This document shows, one piece after another, positions 7,374 to 15,808 of a stretch of 36,669 bases of DNA (positions are counted from its first letter, which is position 1; each line of letters starts with the position of its first letter). The stretch lies in the IMG/VR virus record IMGVR_UViG_3300048577_000566, positions 1 through 36,669 of that record. One strand, given 5' to 3'. The position numbers and the translations under genes are program-made. The DNA is from a virus. Its lineage: Duplodnaviria > Caudoviricetes. The notes beneath the pieces are model-generated. The model did not search any database. It was not told the DNA's origin and worked only from the letters and a program-made list of their open reading frames with translations.

Positions 7374-7910
7374 TCATTTCCGCCTCAGCGAAGAGATTGA
7401 TCTAGAGCCAAGCTTGGAAATCCGCTCAGATGACTTCTGTGGTGACTTAGCCGGTGGCGGAAACCAGAACTGATCCCCGCGGATACCGAACTCGTCGGCT
7501 AGGGCCACAATCTGCGCCAGCCCAAAATTGATCGGATAGGTTTCGAAGGCTTGGTATTCATCTATCGGCATCCCAGCGGCTTTAGCTGCGGATTCGACCT
7601 TCACGCCCATAAATTCCCGCCATTCTTGAACGTAAAATCTGAATGCGCGGCTCCTAATAAACTTGGAAGATGATACTGCAATCCGTTTAGCTGACTGCTC
7701 TTTCGGGCCGTCGCCATGCTCCTCCATGAGCCATTCCAGCGATACATCGTAGAGAGCCGCCAGCGAACCAAACTTGTCTTGGTCCGGGCGCGTCTGTCCT
7801 AGTTCCCACTGTGTGACCGACACCCGGCTAATATTGAAATGCTCAGCGACGGCTTGTTGCGTTAAGCCGGCAGCTTTCCGGGCGGCCTTAAGTCTTTCAT
7901 TCAATTCCAT
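7374..7910 (-). CDS. cI: CI-like repressor with tandem XRE HTH domains and no S24 peptidase domain
   Basis: MELNERLKAARKAAGLTQQAVAEHFNISRVSVTQWE is a canonical XRE HTH. Second HTH-like block VQEWREFMGVKVESAAKAAG...IVALADEFGI. Divergent from cro. Start trimmed to ATG 7910. Confidence 0.85.
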   Translation of the reverse strand: MELNERLKAARKAAGLTQQAVAEHFNISRVSVTQWELGQTRPDQDKFGSLAALYDVSLEWLMEEHGDGPKEQSAKRIAVSSSKFIRSRAFRFYVQEWREFMGVKVESAAKAAGMPIDEYQAFETYPINFGLAQIVALADEFGIRGDQFWFPPPAKSPQKSSERISKLGSRSISSLRRK

Positions 7911-7919
7911 TTTGTGAGC

Positions 7920-7983
7920 GTAGGCATAGCCTACTGAGGTGTCACCTACATCAGACTTGACAATGTAGGTAGGCATCACCTAC
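7920..7983. promoter_or_regulatory. Three OR operators: 7920-7934, 7935-7949, 7969-7983
   Basis: GTAGGC-ATA-GCCTAC, TGAGGT-GTC-ACCTAC, GTAGGC-ATC-ACCTAC. Confidence 0.85.
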
Positions 7984-7986
7984 CTT
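7957..7986 (+). promoter_or_regulatory. pR-like sigma70 promoter, probably leaderless cro mRNA
   Basis: TTGACA-N18-TACCTT. The cro ATG is 6 nt after the -10 and has no SD. Confidence 0.8.
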
Positions 7987-7992
7987 CCCGGT

Positions 7993-8205
7993 ATGATTGA
8001 TGTTGTCGCCAAAGCTGCTGAGAACGCGGGGGGGGTGGTCAAGCTGGCCCATCTTCTCGGGATCAAGCATCCGTCTCTATATTCTTGGGATCGCGTGCCG
8101 GCGGAAAGGGCACTAGACATTGCCCGGCTGGCAAATGTGCCGCCGCATGAGGTGCGCCCCGACATTTATCCCGATCCTGCTGCCACCCCCGAGGCCGCGT
8201 CATGA
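7993..8205 (+). CDS. cro: Cro-like (YdaS-type) repressor
   Basis: GGVVKLAHLLGI...SLYSW.RVPAER...EVRPDIY. Divergent from cI. Confidence 0.9.
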   Translation: MIDVVAKAAENAGGVVKLAHLLGIKHPSLYSWDRVPAERALDIARLANVPPHEVRPDIYPDPAATPEAAS

Positions 8206-8471
8206 CGGCGGGGATAGAGAGGCCGGCTCGACAGGCAAAGCCTTGGCGCCGTGCCGAGCGCATTGCCGAGCAATGCAAGGCCGGCAAAACGCTCTGTCGC
8301 TTCAATAGGCAGACCGAGACCGGACAGACAGAGGTTGTTTTTTTTCTCGAGCCCGGCGGCCGTCAGGTGGGGACGCGCTCGGCGGAGAACGCCATTCGGC
8401 ATGGCCTTCTGATCCCGCAAGCGGACGGACTATTCGGTCCGGACTCAAGCCAGACCTGGGTCGCCCCATGA
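8202..8471 (+). CDS. Hypothetical phage protein
   Basis: ATGA-coupled to cro, 89 aa. Confidence 0.7.
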   Translation: MTAGIERPARQAKPWRRAERIAEQCKAGKTLCRFNRQTETGQTEVVFFLEPGGRQVGTRSAENAIRHGLLIPQADGLFGPDSSQTWVAP

Positions 8472-8722
8472 CCGCGCTCGACCAACAGCGGGGGCATCTG
8501 TCGGCCGAGCGCGGCTCCATGCGCGGGGCAGGGCGCATGTATCCCGTCATCATGATCAGCGGCGTTTATCGATCCGGCGTGTCGCGCGGGGCAAATTGGT
8601 GTTGTCTCCCGTCATCTCCCGAAACTTCGTCACGATATCGCATCCGTCGAGCTGTTCGCGCAGCCCGGCAAGCAATCGTGCTGTCACTCGCTGATTGGCG
8701 TCGGCGAGAAGTTCAAAGCTGA
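8468..8722 (+). CDS. Hypothetical protein (uncertain)
   Basis: ATGA-coupled, but it competes with an antisense ORF at 8556-8744. Confidence 0.35.
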   Translation: MTALDQQRGHLSAERGSMRGAGRMYPVIMISGVYRSGVSRGANWCCLPSSPETSSRYRIRRAVRAARQAIVLSLADWRRREVQS

Positions 8723-8774
8723 GTTCGTCGTCGTCTCGCTTCATGACCAGAGTGGACCATGGAGCGATTTGCAA

Positions 8775-9203
8775 ATGTGCAAAAAGATTTTGAAGGACTG
8801 CAAAATGTCGGACGTCGCGTACCTCGACAACGCAGAACGGTGGAGCAAGGACCTGACGCGCATGAAGGCGCGAGGCCCTGGCGACACCGAGAATGCCATG
8901 CGCACGATCGAGCGTGAGTACGGGATCGACTACTGGACGATGTGGAAGCTCCGATACCGGCGGTCGGCTATTCGCGACATCGGCATCACGGTCTATTCAA
9001 AAATTGAGGCCGCCTATCGCGCCGAATGCGAGCGGCAATTGCGAAGGTTGCAGCATGAAATCGAGATCACAGAAGCAATTGCCGGGCCCGATGACGCTAC
9101 TGTTCGCGCGGCTAAGGCTTTGGTGGGTGAGGAAGCGAGAAGGCTGGCAAGCGGAGCAACGGTTGCGCGCCTTGATATCGATGAATCGGAGGGCTTCTTT
9201 TGA
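8775..9203 (+). CDS. Phage regulatory protein at the cII position
   Basis: HTH-like segment (AMRTIEREYGIDYWTMWKLRYR) plus a coiled-coil tail. GGAG RBS. Role is positional inference. Confidence 0.65.
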   Translation: MCKKILKDCKMSDVAYLDNAERWSKDLTRMKARGPGDTENAMRTIEREYGIDYWTMWKLRYRRSAIRDIGITVYSKIEAAYRAECERQLRRLQHEIEITEAIAGPDDATVRAAKALVGEEARRLASGATVARLDIDESEGFF

Positions 9204-9658
9204 GTGCCCTTCAGACATTTCATCTGGCTCACAAAGAGCGCTTGGCGAGGATCGAAGCGGCAGCCTTCCGCCCGTCGATCGTCGTCATCCCCGAACCTGA
9301 GCCGATTGATCTGCCGCGGACTGAGGAAATCAGGCCGCGTCGTTACTGGTTCAGGATCATCAGCACGTCTGAGCCGATGATTCGCGACATTCAGGAAGTG
9401 GTCTGCGCATACTACAAGATCCAGCTCAAGGACCTGTTTGGCTACAGACGCGACGCCGGACTTGTACTTGCGCGCCACTGCGGCATGTACCTGGCTCGCG
9501 AGTTGACCAGCCAGACTTTCCCGATGATCGGGCGAAATTTCAAGCGTGATCACACAGTGGCGATATACGCAGCCCGGAGAATAGCTGCGCGCCTTCCTTT
9601 CGATCCAAATCTTGCATTCGACGTGGCGTCCATCACCTCTGAGTTGGAGGCGATGTGA
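9200..9658 (+). CDS. Stand-alone DnaA C-terminal (domain IV) HTH protein
   Basis: IQEVVCAYYKI...LARHCGMYLARELTSQTFPMIGRNFKRDHTVAIYA matches the DnaA DNA-binding signature. No AAA+ domain. Confidence 0.85.
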   Translation: MSALQTFHLAHKERLARIEAAAFRPSIVVIPEPEPIDLPRTEEIRPRRYWFRIISTSEPMIRDIQEVVCAYYKIQLKDLFGYRRDAGLVLARHCGMYLARELTSQTFPMIGRNFKRDHTVAIYAARRIAARLPFDPNLAFDVASITSELEAM

Positions 9659-10173
9659 TGGCCATAAGGAAGTTGCCTACACAAGCTGTCCTGCACGAGT
9701 GGTTTGATTACAACCCGTCGACGGGCATTTTTACTTGGAAAAAAGAGCCAACCATCACTCGTCGCATCGGCAAAGTGGCCGGGACGAAATGCAATGGATA
9801 CGTTTTCATAGGCGTTCCTGGCTTTGGCCAGTTGGGGGCGCATCGACTCGCGTGGATTTATTCACACGGGATCACCATCGGCGGTGCCGAGATCGATCAC
9901 ATCGACGGCGACCCCAGTAACAACGCGATTACCAATCTGAGATTGGCGACGTCAAGTCAGCAGAAACAGAACAAGCGCACACAATCAAATAATAGAAGCG
10001 GATTGAAGGGCGCATTCTATCACGCTTGTCACAAAGGAAAGAAGTGGCGCTCGCAGATCAAGGTTGGCGATCGGCTGATCTTTCTCGGCTATTTCCACAC
10101 GGCTCAAGAAGCTCATGAGGCCTATTGTGCGGCTGCGCCTATTTACTTCGGTGAATTTGCGAGGGTGGCATGA
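9658..10173 (+). CDS. HNH homing endonuclease with C-terminal AP2-like domain
   Basis: AHRLAW...IDHIDGDPSNNAITNLRLAT...NNRSG.KG...KWRSQI...LGYF.T..EAH.AY. Confidence 0.9.
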   Translation: MAIRKLPTQAVLHEWFDYNPSTGIFTWKKEPTITRRIGKVAGTKCNGYVFIGVPGFGQLGAHRLAWIYSHGITIGGAEIDHIDGDPSNNAITNLRLATSSQQKQNKRTQSNNRSGLKGAFYHACHKGKKWRSQIKVGDRLIFLGYFHTAQEAHEAYCAAAPIYFGEFARVA

Positions 10174-10574
10174 AGCGTCCCGAGCAGCAGATCCAGCGGC
10201 AGGTGTTCGCGCATATCCGAGCGCGAGCCTATCCCGGTGTGTTCGCGTTCCATGTCGCGAACGGGGTGAACAGCTCGATCCGGACCGGACGCGCGCTGAA
10301 AGCCGCCGGTCTTGTGGCTGGTGTGCCCGACATCTGCATCATCCATCGCGCCACATCGCATTTCCTCGAATTAAAGGCTGGCCGCAACAAGCCGACGCAA
10401 CAGCAGAAAGACGTGATGGACATGCTGGAGCTGGCCGGCGCGCGCGTCGCCGTCGCCTATTCGCTGGAAGAAGCGCTTTACACGTTGGAGTGTTGGGGGA
10501 TCCTTCGTCGCGACCATGGGTCGCGCAACACGCTTTTAGCCACGGAAGATCAATCACGGGAGAATGCGGCATGA
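10170..10574 (+). CDS. VRR-NUC family nuclease
   Basis: EQQIQ...FHVANG...GVPD...FLELK...Q PD-(D/E)xK pattern. Confidence 0.85.
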   Translation: MKRPEQQIQRQVFAHIRARAYPGVFAFHVANGVNSSIRTGRALKAAGLVAGVPDICIIHRATSHFLELKAGRNKPTQQQKDVMDMLELAGARVAVAYSLEEALYTLECWGILRRDHGSRNTLLATEDQSRENAA

Positions 10575-11299
10575 GTAACGTTATTGCGATGAGCGAACCG
10601 GTGGTGCCGGCGGCCATGACGCCCATGGACATGCTCAACAGGGCGGTCGAGCAGGGCGCGAACATCGAAATTCTTGAGAAGCTGATGAGCCTGCAGGAGC
10701 GATGGGAGGCAGGTCAGGCCCGCAAGGCATTCGATGAGGCGATGGCCGCAGCGAAGGCCGATATCCCGGTGATCGCCAAGAACCGGACGGTTGATTTCAC
10801 ATCGGCAAAGGGGCGCACTCACTACAAGCATGAGGATTTGGCCGAGATCGCGCGTACCGTTACGCCGATCCTTGCTCGCCATGGACTGTCTTACCGCTTC
10901 CGCACGTCGTCCGCGCCGAATGAGCCGGTGACGGTGACCTGCATCGTGTCGCACCGCGGCGGGCACGCCGAGGAAAACACGCTGGCGGCCGGCCGTGACG
11001 ATTCCGGCAACAAGAACAGCATCCAGGCAGTCGGCTCGACCATCACCTATTTGCAGCGGATGACGCTCAAAGCCGCGTTGGGCTTGGCCGCGTCGGATGA
11101 CGATGACGGAACTTCGGCCGAGCCGGATGACGTGGTCAGTCAGGAGCAGCTTGAATCGCTGATCGAGCTTGCCGACGAGGTCGGCGCCGATAAGGCGGCT
11201 TTTTGCAAATACCTCAAGGTGCCGAGCCTCGCAGCGATCCCGAGCAAGGACTACGGCCGCGCCGTTGCCGCGCTCAACAAGAAGCGGGGGCAGGCATGA
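10571..11299 (+). CDS. erf: ERF family ssDNA-annealing protein
   Basis: Q.VGSTITYLQRMTLKAALGLA..DDDDG motif. ATGA-coupled start. Confidence 0.9.
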   Translation: MSNVIAMSEPVVPAAMTPMDMLNRAVEQGANIEILEKLMSLQERWEAGQARKAFDEAMAAAKADIPVIAKNRTVDFTSAKGRTHYKHEDLAEIARTVTPILARHGLSYRFRTSSAPNEPVTVTCIVSHRGGHAEENTLAAGRDDSGNKNSIQAVGSTITYLQRMTLKAALGLAASDDDDGTSAEPDDVVSQEQLESLIELADEVGADKAAFCKYLKVPSLAAIPSKDYGRAVAALNKKRGQA

Positions 11300-11931
11300 C
11301 CGAGATCATCCAAGGCTCGCCGGAATGGCATGCACTCCGCATCGGCAAGGTCACCGCGTCGCGCGTGGCCGATGTAGTGGCAAAGACCAAGACGGGCTGG
11401 GGCGCGTCGCGCTCTAACTACATGGCTGAACTGATCGCGGAGCGCTTGACCGGCGAGCCAGCCGAGAAATTCACCAATGCGGCAATGGCGTGGGGCACCG
11501 AGAAAGAGCCCGATGCCCGAGCGGCCTACGAGTTCTTCCGCGACGCCCAGGTGGTTGAGGTAGCGTTCATCGATCATCCGGCCATCGGAATGACGGGTGC
11601 TTCGCCGGATGGTTTGGTCGGCGACCATGGCCTCGTCGAGATCAAGTGCCCCAACACGGCGACGCATCTGGACACGCTTCTGACGCAGGCGATTCCGTCG
11701 GAATATGTGACGCAAATGCTGTGGCAGATGGCCTGCACCGGTCGCCAGTGGTGCGACTTCGTTTCCTTCGACCCGCGCTTGCCCGAAGCGATGAGCATGT
11801 TCGTGAAGCGCGTCGATCGCGACGACAAGCTGATTGCGTCACTTGAAAAGGATGTTGCGGAGTTTCTTGCCGAACTGGATCTGAAGCTCGCACAGCTCGA
11901 TGCGCTGTACGGCGTCAAGGAGGCCGCGTGA
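11296..11931 (+). CDS. YqaJ/lambda-type exonuclease
   Basis: QGSPEW...R.GKVTAS...WG...E...GASPDGLV...EIKCP...Q..WQM. Confidence 0.92.
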   Translation: MTEIIQGSPEWHALRIGKVTASRVADVVAKTKTGWGASRSNYMAELIAERLTGEPAEKFTNAAMAWGTEKEPDARAAYEFFRDAQVVEVAFIDHPAIGMTGASPDGLVGDHGLVEIKCPNTATHLDTLLTQAIPSEYVTQMLWQMACTGRQWCDFVSFDPRLPEAMSMFVKRVDRDDKLIASLEKDVAEFLAELDLKLAQLDALYGVKEAA

Positions 11932-12416
11932 TGGCTGGCATCAACAAGGTCATACTGATTGGCAATCTCGGTGCCGACCCGGAAATCCGACGTACCCAGG
12001 ACGGCCGGCCAGTGTGCAATATCAACGTTGCCACATCGGAAAGCTGGCGCGACAAGGCGACCGGAGAGCGGAAAGAGAAAACCGAGTGGCACCGTGTCAC
12101 GATCTGGAATGAAGGTCTTTGCAAGGTTGCGGAACAGTATCTCCGCAAGGGAGTGAAGGTCTATGCCGAGGGCCAGCTGCAGACCCGCAAATGGCAGGAC
12201 AAGGACGGCAAGGACCGCTACTCGACTGAAGTAGTTCTGAACGGCTACGGCGCCGTACTGACCATGCTGGACGGCCCAGCGAAATCGGAGGCCAAGGCCG
12301 AGACGAACCAGTATGCGGAAGCGACGGGCCGGGCGAATCCCAGACGCGCATCTGGCCGGCAGTCCATGTCGCATGACATGAACGACGACATCCCGTTTGA
12401 GCCGGAGATGCGCTAG
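11931..12416 (+). CDS. ssb: Single-stranded DNA-binding protein
   Basis: [15 protein letters not shown]...TEWHRV...EGQLQTRKW...DDIPF. Confidence 0.97.
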   Translation: MAGINKVILIGNLGADPEIRRTQDGRPVCNINVATSESWRDKATGERKEKTEWHRVTIWNEGLCKVAEQYLRKGVKVYAEGQLQTRKWQDKDGKDRYSTEVVLNGYGAVLTMLDGPAKSEAKAETNQYAEATGRANPRRASGRQSMSHDMNDDIPFEPEMR

Positions 12417-12922
12417 TGCACAGGCCCGAGCTGTTCACATGGGACGGAGAGGTGATGATCCCGCGCCATCCGCGGCGCGCCGACCAGCTTTTCGTGGTGG
12501 GTGAGGTCTATCCGCTGATCGTCCATGAGGACCGCAGCTCGGCCACCCACAATCACGAATTCGCCTGGTTGCGCGAGGCCTGGCTCAACCTGCCAGAGTC
12601 GCTGGCTGACCTGTATCCGACGCCCGAACATCTTCGGAAGCGCGCGCTGATCGAGGCGGGTTACTACGACGAGACAATTGTCGATGCCGGTAACAACGCA
12701 GCGGCACTCCGGGTCGCTGCCGTATTGAGGGCGCGAGAAGAATTCTCACTGGTCATCGTGCGCGGCCCCGCCGTGGTGATCCGCACGGCCAAGAGCCAGT
12801 CCCGGCGCGCCATGAACAAGAAGGAATTCCAGGAGAGCAAGACCGCCATCATGGAGGTGATCTCCACCATCGTCGGCGTCTCACCTGTAGCCCTGACCCG
12901 CGAAGCTGGGAGGACGGCGTGA
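12416..12922 (+). CDS. Phage protein, possibly NinB/DUF1367-like
   Basis: RS...H...FA...KSQS...M...EF pattern. Sits between ssb and HNH. Family tentative. Confidence 0.55.
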   Translation: MHRPELFTWDGEVMIPRHPRRADQLFVVGEVYPLIVHEDRSSATHNHEFAWLREAWLNLPESLADLYPTPEHLRKRALIEAGYYDETIVDAGNNAAALRVAAVLRAREEFSLVIVRGPAVVIRTAKSQSRRAMNKKEFQESKTAIMEVISTIVGVSPVALTREAGRTA

Positions 12923-13254
12923 TGCGCCGGGAGTTTTCCAAAGCGGTCATGCGAGACGCCTTTCTGCGGGCCGGCGGCCGGTGTGAAGGGCACGGTTGCG
13001 GTGCCCGCCTGACGCCGGGGAAATTCGCCTACGACCATATTATCCCCGACGCACTCGGCGGCGAGCCGACGCTGGATAACTGTCAGGTGCTCTGCCGGGC
13101 CTGCCACAAGGAAAAAACCGGCAAGGCGGACATGCCGCGCATAGCCAAGACAAAGCGCATCAGCGACCGCGAGAAGGGCATCCGGAAGCCGCGGACGATC
13201 ATCCGCTGGCGCAGGTTCGACGGCTCTGTGGTCGAGGCGGGGAGGCAGCGATGA
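12919..13254 (+). CDS. HNH endonuclease
   Basis: CEGHGC...YDHIIP...GG...[12 protein letters not shown]. Confidence 0.9.
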   Translation: MMRREFSKAVMRDAFLRAGGRCEGHGCGARLTPGKFAYDHIIPDALGGEPTLDNCQVLCRACHKEKTGKADMPRIAKTKRISDREKGIRKPRTIIRWRRFDGSVVEAGRQR

Positions 13255-13274
13255 TCCGAGAGGAGAAAACGGAA

Positions 13275-13529
13275 ATGAGCGAACCTGGGGTAGGCCACAA
13301 CGTCGCCAAGGACATGATCCGCTCTGTCGTCGAGCGGGTCGAGAAGTTGGAGGAAGAAAAGAAGACGATCAGTGACGACATCAAGGACGTTTACACCGAA
13401 GCGAAGGTGAATGGTCTGGACGTCAAGGCGCTGCGTACCGTGGTTCGCCTGCGCAGGCAGGATGTCGACGAGCGTGCCGAACAGGAGGCGATCCTGGAGA
13501 CCTATCTGCACGCCATGGGGATGGTATGA
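13275..13529 (+). CDS. GapR-like (DUF2312) nucleoid-associated protein
   Basis: [37 protein letters not shown]...[21 protein letters not shown]. Confidence 0.92.
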   Translation: MSEPGVGHNVAKDMIRSVVERVEKLEEEKKTISDDIKDVYTEAKVNGLDVKALRTVVRLRRQDVDERAEQEAILETYLHAMGMV

Positions 13530-14239
13530 TCACGAACGAATGCATCGAGGTCGTCGTTGAGGAGCTACGCGCAGTCGGCATCGACCCGACCGTGCGCCAC
13601 GGCGGCAAACATGCAGTCATTGAATGGGATTGTCGTGGAGCGCGGCGAGTATTCCACGCCCCTCTGACTCCATCTGACTGGCGGTCGCATCTCAATTCGC
13701 GATCGCAAGTACGGGGTATTCTCCGATCAGATGGGCTTCTCTCGGATGGTGTCGAGGCATCTGCAGGTGATCGCCCACGGCTGATGCTGTCGGGAGGTCG
13801 GTTCGTATGCGATAGTCGGGATATTGCAGAACACTTTAGCAAACAGCACAAGAACGTCCTTCAGACCGTCGATAAGATATTGGACAGCCTTGGAGATTTC
13901 GGACGGCTGAATTTTCAGCCGTCGTCATATCTGAACGAGCAAGGGAAGCGACAGCGCTCGTTCAATCTGACGCGCGATGGATTCACAATCCTTGCGATGG
14001 GCTTCACCGGCGCTGAAGCTATGGCTTGGAAGGTTAAGTACATCGACGCGTTTAACCTCATGGAGGATGAACTTCGTAGGATTTCGGCTTCCGCTATCGC
14101 GCCAGACATTGCGAGTCGGATCGACAGGATCGAAGGAGATTTGAATGCGCTGATTGATCTTTCTCTCTCAACCATTCAGCCCGAGCCCGGGTACACCATA
14201 GTCAAGGCTCACAAGCGTCGAGTCAGGAGGGCGGCATGA
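13526..14239 (+). CDS. rha: Rha family regulator with extra N-terminal domain
   Basis: [17 protein letters not shown]...[31 protein letters not shown]. Confidence 0.88.
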   Translation: MITNECIEVVVEELRAVGIDPTVRHGGKHAVIEWDCRGARRVFHAPLTPSDWRSHLNSRSQVRGILRSDGLLSDGVEASAGDRPRLMLSGGRFVCDSRDIAEHFSKQHKNVLQTVDKILDSLGDFGRLNFQPSSYLNEQGKRQRSFNLTRDGFTILAMGFTGAEAMAWKVKYIDAFNLMEDELRRISASAIAPDIASRIDRIEGDLNALIDLSLSTIQPEPGYTIVKAHKRRVRRAA

Positions 14240-15105
14240 GCCGGTGGTGGAGGGCATATGAAGAGGCTGCAACAGACCCGAAGCTCCAGCTTTTGCCGGC
14301 CGAGCTATTTCGGACCTGGTTCAACCTGATGTGCGTTGCATCTCGCCACGGGGGAGAGCTGCCGTCGATTGAACACATCGCCTACACGCTTCAGACGAAG
14401 CCAGATAAGGCGGCGCTGGCGCTTACGAAGCTTCACAAGGCTGGCCTGCTCGATAAAACGGAAACGGGGTTCGCTCCGCATAATTGGCACGGCCGGCAAT
14501 ATAAGAGCGACCGTGACGACACGGCAGCCAAGCGGGCGAAGAAGTACCGTGACGCAAAGCGTGACGGTCACGCAAGCGTCACGCGTGACGTTACGGAGGC
14601 GTCACGCCCCCCAGAGACAGAGACAGAGACAGAGACAGAGACAGAGACAGATTCCGAAGCTATCGCTTCGGGCGCTGACGCGCCGCGCAAACGCATCGGC
14701 GGTCGGTTCGACGAGTTCTGGGCAGCGTACCCCCGCCGAGACGGGCCCAATCCGCGCAAGCCGGCGGAACAGCGCTTTGCCTCGCTCGTCAAATCGGGCC
14801 TAGACCCCGGGATGATGATCGAGGCCGCGCAGAAGCTTGCCGCCGACGAGACGGCGCGCGGCAACGTCGGAACGAGGTTTATCCCGCAGGCCGTTACCTG
14901 GCTCAATCAGCAGCGCTGGGCCGACCATTCGGCTGTTGTGGAGCTGCAACAGCAGCAAGCCGCAGCGAACCTTGCATCGAAAATCCACGTCAAGGCGGAC
15001 ACACCGCAGTGGCGGGCATGGGCCGCATATCTCGGAACGCCGCCGCCGTTGGACCGCAATTTTGGCTGGCATTTCGATAGTGAATGGCCGCCTGACCACA
15101 TGTAA
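14236..15105 (+). CDS. Phage replication initiator (lambda O-like architecture)
   Basis: N-terminal W.R.Y....DPK winged-helix-like domain, low-complexity linker with DNA repeats, C-terminal FDEFWAAYPRR...IPQAVTWLNQQRW. Confidence 0.8.
   Translation: MSRWWRAYEEAATDPKLQLLPAELFRTWFNLMCVASRHGGELPSIEHIAYTLQTKPDKAALALTKLHKAGLLDKTETGFAPHNWHGRQYKSDRDDTAAKRAKKYRDAKRDGHASVTRDVTEASRPPETETETETETETDSEAIASGADAPRKRIGGRFDEFWAAYPRRDGPNPRKPAEQRFASLVKSGLDPGMMIEAAQKLAADETARGNVGTRFIPQAVTWLNQQRWADHSAVVELQQQQAAANLASKIHVKADTPQWRAWAAYLGTPPPLDRNFGWHFDSEWPPDHM
14512..14606. repeat. CGTGACG / CGTCACG iteron cluster, candidate phage origin
   Basis: CGTGACG at 14512, 14548, 14560, 14584. Inverted CGTCACG at 14577 and 14600, plus near matches. 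All lie within the initiator gene. Confidence 0.65.
14614..14649 (+). repeat. (GAGACA)6 microsatellite encoding (ET)6
   Basis: Directly visible perfect hexamer repeat. Confidence 0.95.
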
Positions 15106-15128
15106 GCGACAGGCTAACGGGGAGAAAA

Positions 15129-15698
15129 ATGGGAATGGCGAAGCGAAGAAACCCGACAAAGCCGGTGGCTGTAGAACATCGCAGCCTGCCGACGCGGGAG
15201 CGCATGGCGAGGGCCGGGGACAATTTCGAGATCGGCGGCGACGCGCGCGCCGGCAAGGTCATCCGGATCATGGATGCGCCGCTGGACCGCATGCGCAGCC
15301 GCGAAATGCTCGGCGCCAAGGAATACGAAGCGCTCAACAAGTATCGCATTCACTGGTGGCATGCCGGCATGTCCGGGCATCTCCGCAGTCCGGAGCTGGA
15401 TCGGATATTTGCTGATCCGCTCGCATCATCCGGCATGGCCTCTTCGGAGCGGCAGGCTCATCACAGGTCGCAATTCAGGAAGGCGCGGGCCCTGTTCGAC
15501 ACGCCGGATACGATCACCAGCGCCTCCACCGAGAACCACAAAATGCTGATCGTCTTGGACAACGTGCTGCTGAGTGAGCAGTCTTTAGAAACCGCTGGTT
15601 ACGCGGTCGGCTGCAAGTCTCGTTTTCGCGCGCGCGAGAGATCGAAGAATTTGCTGCGAAAAGCTGCAGACGTCCTCATGAATCACTGGGGGCTTTGA
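15129..15698 (+). CDS. Putative late-gene activator/antiterminator (Q position)
   Basis: Last early gene with a C-terminal HTH-like segment, followed by a promoter and terminator. Positional inference. Confidence 0.6.
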   Translation: MGMAKRRNPTKPVAVEHRSLPTRERMARAGDNFEIGGDARAGKVIRIMDAPLDRMRSREMLGAKEYEALNKYRIHWWHAGMSGHLRSPELDRIFADPLASSGMASSERQAHHRSQFRKARALFDTPDTITSASTENHKMLIVLDNVLLSEQSLETAGYAVGCKSRFRARERSKNLLRKAADVLMNHWGL

Positions 15699-15707
15699 AT
15701 GCTTCAG

Positions 15708-15735
15708 TTGACATGGGGCCATGAAAGTGCATCAT
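15708..15735 (+). promoter_or_regulatory. Candidate late promoter (pR'-like)
   Basis: TTGACA-N16-CATCAT right after the Q-position gene. Confidence 0.55.
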
Positions 15736-15759
15736 CAGGCACAATCAAGTGATTTGTTT

Positions 15760-15800
15760 AACGCCCGTCCCGGTCTTCCGCGGCGGGCGTTTCGCGTTTC
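15760..15800 (+). terminator. Hairpin terminator (tR'-like)
   Basis: AACGCCCGTC...GGCGGGCGTT stem with an interrupted T tail. Confidence 0.65.
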
Positions 15801-15808
15801 GGAGATAG

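Noticed and set aside
7911-7979. N-terminal extension of the repressor ORF to 7979
   Set aside because: It runs through the operators and pR. The HTH begins at ATG 7910.
10115-10570. Long N-terminal extension of the ERF ORF (similar extensions at 11203, 21706, 25243, 29949, 30713, 33273)
   Set aside because: These overlap upstream genes in another frame. Coupled or RBS-supported internal starts fit better.
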